IMG/VR virus record: IMGVR_UViG_3300032284_002843
Location: 64,001 to 128,000 of that record
Length of the DNA: 64,000 bases
Source of the DNA: a virus
Direction: 5' to 3' (one strand)
In this document: one piece after another, positions 49,518 through 57,989 of the stretch
How the letters are laid out: every line of letters starts with the position of its first letter
Position numbering within the stretch: the first letter of the stretch is position 1
Notes under the pieces: generated by a model
Databases searched by the model: none
Told to the model about the DNA's origin: nothing
The model's input: only the letters and a program-made list of their open reading frames with translations
Position numbers and translations under genes: made by a program

Positions 49518-52500
49518 TTGAAATTCCTAAGACTGTCTCAGTAAGGCTTTGTACTATTTGAACATCTGTAACTCTAGCACCGCTTATGAAAATTTCATCT
49601 GCTGTGCATTGAATTTCAAATAAATCACCAAACTTAGCTTGTGCATTAAGAGGAGTAATTACAACAGATGCCACTATAGTTGCCAATTGCTGATGTATAT
49701 ACGCTGCTAATTCTGTAAAATAAAAACTTTGTCCAAAGTCCCAATTGCTTAATGCAAAGTAGTTATTAATGGTCGCAATTACCAAACTTTTTACTTCGTT
49801 ATCTGTAACCGTTGTACCAGCTGTCTTCACCACTTTGAAAATTACTTGATATTCTGGTGCTGCTTGATTTCCGAAAATTACCTTATAGCTAACCGGATGC
49901 CATATCATCTGATCTGTCATCATTTTGTATTGTTCAAGAGATCCAAACGTTGAATTTAGGTCGGCGCTGCTAGGAGGTTGTGGTTGATTTTCTGGTAACC
50001 CATTAGTTGCAATCCAATTACGAAGATCAGTGTCATAACCTGTTGTCAACACATACATGTCAATTACATTGGTAATTGCTGGATTAATTCTTTGTGTCGA
50101 GCTGGCAAAATGTTTCCATAAGAAGTTAAGATTATTACGACCAATTCGCATTTTGAAAGTAGATGACACATCTATCAGAGACCCGTTTGTCCATTGATAA
50201 AATATGCTTTGATTTATAACATACGCAACTTCTCCTTCGTGCCAGTTTGGATCGCTAGCCGGTGGTACCATGTTGCTGTTTGTGTAAATACGGTCTAATG
50301 GTATAATATAAGGATTCCAGTATTGGTAACCATCGGAACCGGTTACCAATTGCCAGAATAATAATTTGTCTGCTGTTAGAGACGGATTAACAATTTGATT
50401 ATATTCATTTGGGTTGTCAGGTATACCAAAATTCTGTCCTTCCCACATTGTCAATCTAACTGTACGAGGATCGCTATATCCATCTGGATATATTTGTTGT
50501 CCTGTAATCTCCCATAGATAATCTTTACCCAATGGAAAACCCGTTATAGGATCAGCATTGACTCCTAATATATTGATATAATCCAATTGGGCTGTATTAG
50601 TGGTCGGATCAAATATTTTTTGTGTATTATTGAAATAAAATCTATTTTGGCTAACGCTTTCAAATATGTAACGTAAAGCTCTACTATAAACTCTCCAGCC
50701 AGTTCCAACCCACACTACCTTAAGTAACCAGCTAGCATCTTTATTTGTACTAGTTGTATTACCTGCAAATTGTAAACTAAATGTCGAGCTTGTGCTCAAA
50801 TTGTCAGGTGTTATAATTTTCCACATACCATCATTTTGATCATAACGTATTCCAAATGTCTGATGTGCTGCCATAGCAGCAGCAATCATGCTGATTTCAT
50901 CCTGCGTTAATGTAGTTCTAAAAGACGGAATTACACTTACAGGAACATCGTTGGTATCTATTAAATTACTAAGAGTTACAGCACCGGCACCAGATGAAAT
51001 TTGACCAGTTTGATTAACACCAGTACCATTGCCTACAATTCCAACGATACTAGCAGTTTTACCTGATTGGAATGTGATCAACGAATCCTGTGTGAAATAA
51101 ACTAATGACGTATTTGGCGATGCTGATGATCCCACTGCTACTGCTACGCCACCAGAAAAGAAAGCTCCGCTAGTTGACTTGGTATAGCTTACTATATTTT
51201 TCCAAGTATAACCCGGTGTTACATTAACCGATGGATAATTATAATAAAAGAAATTCTTAAGTTCTAATGCTTGAGTTTCACTATTTAAATTACCATTAAT
51301 CAATGGTTGTATTTGTGTGTTTACCGTTACAACTAGATTTATACCAGGACTGTTTTGAATATCTCTCATATTCAAGTCATTTTCACTGTAAAGTATACCA
51401 TCAGTACCAAATACATTTAAATCGCTGTAATTACCAGTTGGATCAAGAGAATCTAAATATCGACTTTGACCGCTGTAAAATCTATTAACAGCCTTTACCT
51501 TAAGCGCTTGACCGTTCTGCAATGGAAAGAGGTTATAGTCTTCACCATTTACCATTCTATCTTGTGTATAATATACCTGTGGAGCATTTTGAGCGATTTG
51601 TGTGTTGTCTTCGCTGCTTTGAGCATTGGTAATTGTGTATTGCAAATCAGTTGTAAATGCTATAGACCAAGTATTATTCAAATTATCAAGATAATTGAAG
51701 GCAAAAACTTGGCTTTGTATATCATTTGGCCTAATCTGATATGTTAGATTATTACCTGTTCTATACCATACTCTTATAATGCCAGTTGGTATGTTGCCAA
51801 AATTTCCATCACTGAAACGTATACTAATTTGATCAGAGCCGGCACTGTCTCTGGTAATTACAGAAAAAATGTTTCTAACATTGTTTTCTAAGCTGTTGTA
51901 GACAACATTGAAACCATTTACGCTTGGTACCTTGGTCCATTTGACTGCTGGTATACCATTGGTGTCGACTGTTTGTACCCATACATCAGTTTCGTTTACG
52001 TTGTTTGCATTAACATCTATAACTCTGTTTGCTAGAGGAACAGAGCATTGGTAATCACTGAAACCAATACTGCCCTGTTTGAAATAAAAGAAGAAACCAG
52101 TATTTGCACTGGCATATCCATTGCCATCATTTTGATAGATGATACTCCATGCATTTAATGGATCTGGATCTATTTCATAAAAACTACCACTGTTCAAAAC
52201 ATTGTTAACTGTCCCTGGATTAAAATCAACATTAACTAACTCAAAGTTTACGCTGTTTCCTGCAACAGATGCTGTAAAAGGAACAGTGCTCGTTGGAATA
52301 GCAGTGTTATTCATTGAATATAATTCGGTAGTATATCCTTGAACTGTTCCACTTTTAACTGGTGTGCCAAATGTGTTTGTAGATGACAAACTGGCATTCA
52401 GAACTATAATAAATTGTTCAAACCAATCAGCATTGTTTTGATCATTCCACAAAATTTTAACATTTTGTAAATTTCTTCCCATGCTATCAACTACTGGTTG

Positions 52501-52884
52501 ATTGGTCACAACACTGGTAATTTTTATTTTACCATTTGCCGGATAACTACGACGCGGTTGATAACTAAGCATTCTTGCTAATCTGAAAACACTCTCACGT
52601 CTAGTAGCTGTATCGAGGAAATTTTCTCGTGTGTTTAAATCAATTCTGAAAGCTAGACTTTGTCCAAGGTATGCTAGCAAATCAATAAGTGCAACAAACT
52701 CACTGCTTTCAATCCAATCATTATAATTTTCTGGATAGTTGATACGAATATAGTCTACCATTGCGCTGCGAATGGTATTAAAATCATAGGCAGCAAAATT
52801 AACCTGTGTGAATGCAGTATATATTACTCTCCAATCTTCCGCTGCGAATAATTGACTTTGTCTAGTTTGTTGGGTAACCGTCAT
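49510..52884 (-). CDS. Baseplate wedge subunit (gp6-like)
   Basis: YDFNTIR, ENFLDTA.RRESV.RLARMLSY.P, QDRMVNGEDY. Confidence 0.88.
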   Translation of the reverse strand: MTVTQQTRQSQLFAAEDWRVIYTAFTQVNFAAYDFNTIRSAMVDYIRINYPENYNDWIESSEFVALIDLLAYLGQSLAFRIDLNTRENFLDTATRRESVFRLARMLSYQPRRSYPANGKIKITSVVTNQPVVDSMGRNLQNVKILWNDQNNADWFEQFIIVLNASLSSTNTFGTPVKSGTVQGYTTELYSMNNTAIPTSTVPFTASVAGNSVNFELVNVDFNPGTVNNVLNSGSFYEIDPDPLNAWSIIYQNDGNGYASANTGFFFYFKQGSIGFSDYQCSVPLANRVIDVNANNVNETDVWVQTVDTNGIPAVKWTKVPSVNGFNVVYNSLENNVRNIFSVITRDSAGSDQISIRFSDGNFGNIPTGIIRVWYRTGNNLTYQIRPNDIQSQVFAFNYLDNLNNTWSIAFTTDLQYTITNAQSSEDNTQIAQNAPQVYYTQDRMVNGEDYNLFPLQNGQALKVKAVNRFYSGQSRYLDSLDPTGNYSDLNVFGTDGILYSENDLNMRDIQNSPGINLVVTVNTQIQPLINGNLNSETQALELKNFFYYNYPSVNVTPGYTWKNIVSYTKSTSGAFFSGGVAVAVGSSASPNTSLVYFTQDSLITFQSGKTASIVGIVGNGTGVNQTGQISSGAGAVTLSNLIDTNDVPVSVIPSFRTTLTQDEISMIAAAMAAHQTFGIRYDQNDGMWKIITPDNLSTSSTFSLQFAGNTTSTNKDASWLLKVVWVGTGWRVYSRALRYIFESVSQNRFYFNNTQKIFDPTTNTAQLDYINILGVNADPITGFPLGKDYLWEITGQQIYPDGYSDPRTVRLTMWEGQNFGIPDNPNEYNQIVNPSLTADKLLFWQLVTGSDGYQYWNPYIIPLDRIYTNSNMVPPASDPNWHEGEVAYVINQSIFYQWTNGSLIDVSSTFKMRIGRNNLNFLWKHFASSTQRINPAITNVIDMYVLTTGYDTDLRNWIATNGLPENQPQPPSSADLNSTFGSLEQYKMMTDQMIWHPVSYKVIFGNQAAPEYQVIFKVVKTAGTTVTDNEVKSLVIATINNYFALSNWDFGQSFYFTELAAYIHQQLATIVASVVITPLNAQAKFGDLFEIQCTADEIFISGARVTDVQIVQSLTETVLGISNG

Positions 52885-52893
52885 TATAAATCC

Positions 52894-53280
52894 TTAAACC
52901 ATTGAATCTGCACGTTTGTCAAAATTTATGATAAAATTACTGTAAGCTTTAAGTGGTGTATAAAATACATTCATCTCAAGTCTTAGTCCATACTCAAATT
53001 GTATCACATTTATAGTTTGTAATTGTACCCTGGGATCGCTGTTAATCACCTGTTGAGCTTCATATTTGACACCGTCAATGGTATTTTGATCAAACGGTTC
53101 ATATAGGTAATTCCATATCGCACAACCATATGTTGGCATCATAACACGTTCGCCCGGTCTTGTATTAAAATGATTTAGCAAATCTTGCTCAACTAACTTC
53201 AAATCAGCAAGATTTTGCGGATTATTTTGTCCTACTGTGCTAAATCCAACAAAAAGGTTTTTACTAGTTAACGTTGCCAT
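52894..53280 (-). CDS. Baseplate wedge subunit (gp25-like)
   Basis: TRPGERVMMPTYGC, DPRV. Confidence 0.9.
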   Translation of the reverse strand: MATLTSKNLFVGFSTVGQNNPQNLADLKLVEQDLLNHFNTRPGERVMMPTYGCAIWNYLYEPFDQNTIDGVKYEAQQVINSDPRVQLQTINVIQFEYGLRLEMNVFYTPLKAYSNFIINFDKRADSMV

Positions 53281-53288
53281 ATTTTAGA

Positions 53289-53296
53289 TATTTATC
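53289..53296 (-). promoter_or_regulatory. Late promoter
   Basis: GATAAATA 8 nt upstream of the gp25 ATG. Confidence 0.55.
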
Positions 53297-53465
53297 ATTC
53301 ATTTTATACACAGTTTTTTTCACAATTTCTTTTATAACTTCTTTATCTGTGTATTTAACAACAAAAATTGTCTGTGTTATCAAACACTTATTGCATGCCC
53401 GTAATATAAGCCGCAAATCTTACTACTAGTATGGTTAAATATTGTGTAACTGGAGGTTATGTATT

Positions 53466-53960
53466 GTGAATATTGAAATAAAAGGTCGATATTTTTCAAA
53501 AACAGATCGAAGTTTGCTGAGCGATTTTGCAGAATGGTCCGGGCAAAAATTAATTGGTAAACGTATTACTCGTTATATCTCCTTAACTATTCAACTTAAT
53601 CATCCAAACCATTACAAAAAACATTATTTGTATGCTGACACTGATTACAATGATGAAGATTGCCGTAAACTTCCAAGAAATTTTATTGTAACCATGACAT
53701 CAAGATTTGGAATGTTACGTAGCCTTGTTATTCTAGCACACGAAATGGTTCATGTTAAACAATTTGCTTTAGGAGAATTGGTGTGGCACGAACATAACAA
53801 ATACCCTAAATGGCTCGGACGTCACATAAATTATGAACATATGTCATATTGGGACCTGCCATACGAAGTTGAAGCACACGGCCGAGAAAAAGGTTTGGTG
53901 TATCAATGGTGCGACGAGCGCAAGCTTTGGAAAGAATATTGGTACCGAGAACTTTTTTAA
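53466..53960 (+). CDS. Zincin-like HExxH metallopeptidase
   Basis: LAHEMVHVKQF...PYEVEA; GGAGG RBS favours GTG 53466. Confidence 0.8.
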   Translation: MNIEIKGRYFSKTDRSLLSDFAEWSGQKLIGKRITRYISLTIQLNHPNHYKKHYLYADTDYNDEDCRKLPRNFIVTMTSRFGMLRSLVILAHEMVHVKQFALGELVWHEHNKYPKWLGRHINYEHMSYWDLPYEVEAHGREKGLVYQWCDERKLWKEYWYRELF

Positions 53961-53967
53961 AAAACCA

Positions 53968-53995
53968 TTGACATATAATGTATATGTGTTATAAA
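53968..53995 (+). promoter_or_regulatory. Sigma70-type promoter, leaderless
   Basis: TTGACA-16 nt-TATAAA with extended TG; 6 nt before ATG 54002. Confidence 0.6.
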
Positions 53996-54001
53996 CATAC
54001 C

Positions 54002-54127
54002 ATGTTTATATTTTTCCTATTTTTCATTCCTATGATGTTGGCCGTATACATCGGTGTTGAAGGTATGGTCGGCCTATGGATTCTGCTATTTTTAGGGACC
54101 TTGCTACTTAAACCATTTATGAGTTAA
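54002..54127 (+). CDS. 41-aa hydrophobic membrane peptide missing from the ORF track
   Basis: MFIFFLFFIPMMLAVYIGVEGMVGLWILLFLGTLLLKPFMS; fills the gap between promoter and next gene. Confidence 0.65.
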   Translation: MFIFFLFFIPMMLAVYIGVEGMVGLWILLFLGTLLLKPFMS

Positions 54128-54129
54128 AC

Positions 54130-54474
54130 ATGCCAAGCCCAAGTGAACTGGTTTTTTCTGTTATCTGTCTTACCATACTTTGTACTGCATTTTCTCGTAT
54201 TGCAGGACTATACTTTTTTATTAGTATTGGCATGCTTATGCTTTTCTTAGCATGGTTGCAGTTTATTAATTTTGATGGCAGCTGGCCTGGCAATCAGCCA
54301 AGAATAGAAAACTATCACATGTCCAAGGAGCGCCAAGCTCGCCTCGATCATTTGATATATGATGCATTTGGATCCAGTGCAACTATGACAGACCAAGATT
54401 GGGCAGATTATAAGCGGTGCAAATTCAATAATGTCTGCGTAAGACGTTTTCAATCAATCGCAGAACCTAGATAA
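54130..54474 (+). CDS. Membrane protein, two N-terminal TM helices
   Basis: Hydrophobic N-terminal half and soluble tail with two Cys. Confidence 0.65.
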   Translation: MPSPSELVFSVICLTILCTAFSRIAGLYFFISIGMLMLFLAWLQFINFDGSWPGNQPRIENYHMSKERQARLDHLIYDAFGSSATMTDQDWADYKRCKFNNVCVRRFQSIAEPR

Positions 54475-54476
54475 TC

Positions 54477-57400
54477 TTATTGCGGTATTAGTACTGATTG
54501 ATTTTGCGGCATATCATTTTCTGGGCCCAACATAAAGTTAGTTGCTTCTGCGACACGTCTGGTGACCAGCCCTGGAACTGTATTATTATTGCCGTCAACA
54601 GTCCATACCATCCAACTGTTAGGTACTTTCTGCAAATAGCCTTCGTTCAAATATTTGACAACATCGCTGCCTGCAAAATTTGTTTGTCCAATATTAAATG
54701 CCAGGCTGGCCAACATATCAAATTGAGTTTGAGATATTCCAACTTTTATCAACGGTCTCATCCAATCAAGAACCTGTGTCATATCCTGATCAAATAGATC
54801 ATTGATATTTTGCTGTGTAAATGGTTCATTTAAGGGGACTTTATTTCCATTTATAACAACATAGCCAGATGAGATTTCTTCTGGCGTTAGAGTGTGACCG
54901 TAACCAATTTCCGTATATTGAGGATTTCCAAGTGTTATGGGCCTATAACTACCATTTTCTCTAGATATGATAAAAGATTTACCGTTATCACTTAATTGTA
55001 AAGCACTGGCTTTCAAAAATTGATTTGTCGTGATATAACCTTGGAAATTGAAAATTGGCGAATTTTGAGCATTGTATTGTGCACCTGTATAGATACCACT
55101 AGGCATACTAGGTTTAGGTGTTCCCCAAACATCTAAAGGTTTAGTACTGTTGGCCACAACTTCACAATCTCGTAGTTTTGTATTTTTATCTATATTGGTA
55201 CTATTTCTAATATTTTGAAAATTTCTACCACCGTGATTAATATAAGGCTCGTGATATGGTAAATGTGGTAAAATTGTGTCAGTTAGAATTGGCGTAGCAT
55301 TACCAATAGTATTCAATATGCTATCGGTTTGCTTTGCACTAATAGGGCCAACAGCAGTTGATCCGGGTGTTGCAGCAGGCGGTGCCGCACCATTCAAGTC
55401 AACTCTAGCTCCATCTATATTAATTTGTCCTTGTACTCCGATACCAAGACCGCCACCTATGGATTCAAGAACGCTACCAACTGTTACACGACTTGTGCCT
55501 CCGAGTACCGTATCAAATAAATTAGAACCAACAAGTCTGTGTTGATCTTGTTTACTGGTCATGAACATGTTATTGTTTGAAAGGAAATGCATGTCATTAG
55601 AACTTTGTATTCTTACATATCCTCCTTGTGTGCTGCTGACAGGGCTCAACGGTGCAGTACCTGCATAATTGCTTTGTGGATAGCCGTCTGGTGTAGTTGA
55701 GCTAACGTTTGCTGCTAACTCTGGATGACCTTCGAAGTACGCAGCTTCTGCAGCGCGGCGGGCGGGCAAAGGAGTTGTTGTTTTAAAATTTCTTATCATA
55801 TCAGCTGCCGCTTTGATATCATTCTGATAAATGTAATCAGTGAATTTATTACCAGCATTTAATGTAAATGGAGCTGAAATGCCAACATTAAATGTTAAAT
55901 CAGCTAAAGCTGTTTGCTGATAAACATTTAATTTGTCCCAAGCACCGCCTAATGCCTTTTGGCAATAACTAACGGCTGTTCTTAAATCAAGTTGATATAA
56001 ACCTTCAGCTTGAGGTTGGGTAATTACTGTATCTTGGCCAACATCTCCAACCAACGGAACATTTCCAGCAGGGCCACAATTTAAATATCTCTGGCCTTTT
56101 GCAAGCTCATTTGCCCCTATGCTATGTCCGTAGCCTATCGAGTACCAACGCGGACCTGGATCCTTATAGGCTTTTGCTCGGAAGCCACCTTCATTCTTTT
56201 GTATGAACGGGTCTGCAACAGTATTAAAATCAGGATTTTCGCCTGTTGTACTAGATGCTGTTGAACCGGATACGGTAGTACTGCTTGTATTTGTCGTTGC
56301 TGCTGTGCCAGGTGTAGTTGTTGCAGGAGTTGATTGTGCAGGAGGAGAGGCCGCAGTTGGCGGAGTCTGTCCACTTAACCTTCTTACTTCCGCATCTGAC
56401 GCAGCTTCAAGTTTCATTACAGCATCATATCCGCCTGGTGGATCTGTATACAGTTCTGGATGCAATCTAGCCCAGTCTGCAGCGCTTCTGTAACGTTTCT
56501 GTGCAGCCAGTGCATCATCTAAATTAGTATATGTACCTGGTTTATACCACGATGAGCCTTCGGCAATTAAATTGCTAGCAGTGAAATTGGTAGGAGCAGA
56601 TGTAGCAGGAGCATTTACACATAATTCTCTAGCATCATTTGCCACCACAGCGTAATCTCGTGGATGAATATTATCACTTGATGGATAATTTTTCAAATCT
56701 AAATATTTGTCGCCTTTGCTTGTAGCAAAGGTTTTTACTGTGGTATTAGTTGCATCTGCATATGGCAATAACCATATAAAGTTACTAGTGCCTAATGCAG
56801 TTCTAATATCTGCTAAATTGCTTGCTAACAATGCTTGGTCTGAATCATTACTTCCAACACTTAGAATTGAATTTACGCCATTTGCTAAATTACCATTTTG
56901 TTTAACCTTATCTAAAATTGTGCTGCTATTATCGCCTACATTTGCAAACACTAGTGCACCGTCAATTTTAGATCCTACGCCTACAGCTATGCTGTCTCCG
57001 ATAACGTTAATTGGACCGTTTGGCGGAGGTGGCGGAGTTGGTGGTGTTGATGTATTAACTGTTGGTTCGATTGGAGGTTTGCCTCTGGCTCTCATATTGA
57101 TGTCGCGACCTGCTTCAATATTCACATCTAAATCACCGCGAAGATTTACACTACCTTGGCTACGAATTGTAATATCATCTGATGCGTATAGATCAATTTT
57201 TCCAGTAGCGTCTAAACTTATCCAGTTCTTTCCATCAACACTGTTCAAATATATGCAACCTGTGCTGTCATTAATTAAAACCTGTGCTCCACTTTGTGTA
57301 CGCAGTCTGATGTATTTGTTTTGAGGATTATCATCAAATACAAACTGATTTCCGCCCGGTGTTAAAATACCGTATACTTCGTTAGATGGATCATCGCGAC

Positions 57401-57980
57401 GTGCGCCGCTGGTGGTTACTCCTCTTACAGGATCCTTGTTTAGCCCTTGTTTATCAAGCTGATCAGCTAAAGGTGAATAAATTGGTCTATTTGGAGATTC
57501 ATAGCTGCTTTGGTTAATTTTTTTATTATATTCAACTACAGGGGCCGACGCGGTCGAATCATTACCAGGAATACCCGGTACCATATGATTCATGTATTGC
57601 TGAAATAGACAACCAAGCCAGATACCTTTTGCAGGATCACCATTGATAAATGCAACAATAACTTCATTATCTACATCTGGCGGAACAAACCACATACCAT
57701 AGCTTTGTTGACTATCAAGATAACTTGGTCCGTTTTTATTAGAATAGAAACTGGTAGCTCCGGCAAATGGACTACAGTACATAACTGTAACCCAAGTCTC
57801 TTTATCATTTTGATCTCCGCCTAATTCTGGTATCCATACCTGCATACGACCCATTCTTTGCAAGTCGTTTGTATTTTTTACAAAGCCGTGATATATTTTA
57901 TCATACAGAACGTTGCGGCCGCCTGCTTCTAAAGTATAGCTATCTGGTGTGTTGACTGTTCTTTTTAATACGTTTACCAT
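54477..57980 (-). CDS. Baseplate hub/spike (gp5-like) with SGNH hydrolase and two GH24 lysozyme domains
   Basis: OB-fold GRMQVWIP...YGMWFVPPD; GDS/GSND/DNIHP; two E...IGYGH...FN(V/I)G...RR.AE domains. Confidence 0.88.
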   Translation of the reverse strand: MVNVLKRTVNTPDSYTLEAGGRNVLYDKIYHGFVKNTNDLQRMGRMQVWIPELGGDQNDKETWVTVMYCSPFAGATSFYSNKNGPSYLDSQQSYGMWFVPPDVDNEVIVAFINGDPAKGIWLGCLFQQYMNHMVPGIPGNDSTASAPVVEYNKKINQSSYESPNRPIYSPLADQLDKQGLNKDPVRGVTTSGARRDDPSNEVYGILTPGGNQFVFDDNPQNKYIRLRTQSGAQVLINDSTGCIYLNSVDGKNWISLDATGKIDLYASDDITIRSQGSVNLRGDLDVNIEAGRDINMRARGKPPIEPTVNTSTPPTPPPPPNGPINVIGDSIAVGVGSKIDGALVFANVGDNSSTILDKVKQNGNLANGVNSILSVGSNDSDQALLASNLADIRTALGTSNFIWLLPYADATNTTVKTFATSKGDKYLDLKNYPSSDNIHPRDYAVVANDARELCVNAPATSAPTNFTASNLIAEGSSWYKPGTYTNLDDALAAQKRYRSAADWARLHPELYTDPPGGYDAVMKLEAASDAEVRRLSGQTPPTAASPPAQSTPATTTPGTAATTNTSSTTVSGSTASSTTGENPDFNTVADPFIQKNEGGFRAKAYKDPGPRWYSIGYGHSIGANELAKGQRYLNCGPAGNVPLVGDVGQDTVITQPQAEGLYQLDLRTAVSYCQKALGGAWDKLNVYQQTALADLTFNVGISAPFTLNAGNKFTDYIYQNDIKAAADMIRNFKTTTPLPARRAAEAAYFEGHPELAANVSSTTPDGYPQSNYAGTAPLSPVSSTQGGYVRIQSSNDMHFLSNNNMFMTSKQDQHRLVGSNLFDTVLGGTSRVTVGSVLESIGGGLGIGVQGQINIDGARVDLNGAAPPAATPGSTAVGPISAKQTDSILNTIGNATPILTDTILPHLPYHEPYINHGGRNFQNIRNSTNIDKNTKLRDCEVVANSTKPLDVWGTPKPSMPSGIYTGAQYNAQNSPIFNFQGYITTNQFLKASALQLSDNGKSFIISRENGSYRPITLGNPQYTEIGYGHTLTPEEISSGYVVINGNKVPLNEPFTQQNINDLFDQDMTQVLDWMRPLIKVGISQTQFDMLASLAFNIGQTNFAGSDVVKYLNEGYLQKVPNSWMVWTVDGNNNTVPGLVTRRVAEATNFMLGPENDMPQNQSVLIPQ

Positions 57981-57989
57981 GGCAATTAT

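Noticed and set aside
56707-57324. 205-aa + strand ORF
   Set aside because: Antisense shadow of gp5 with no motifs.
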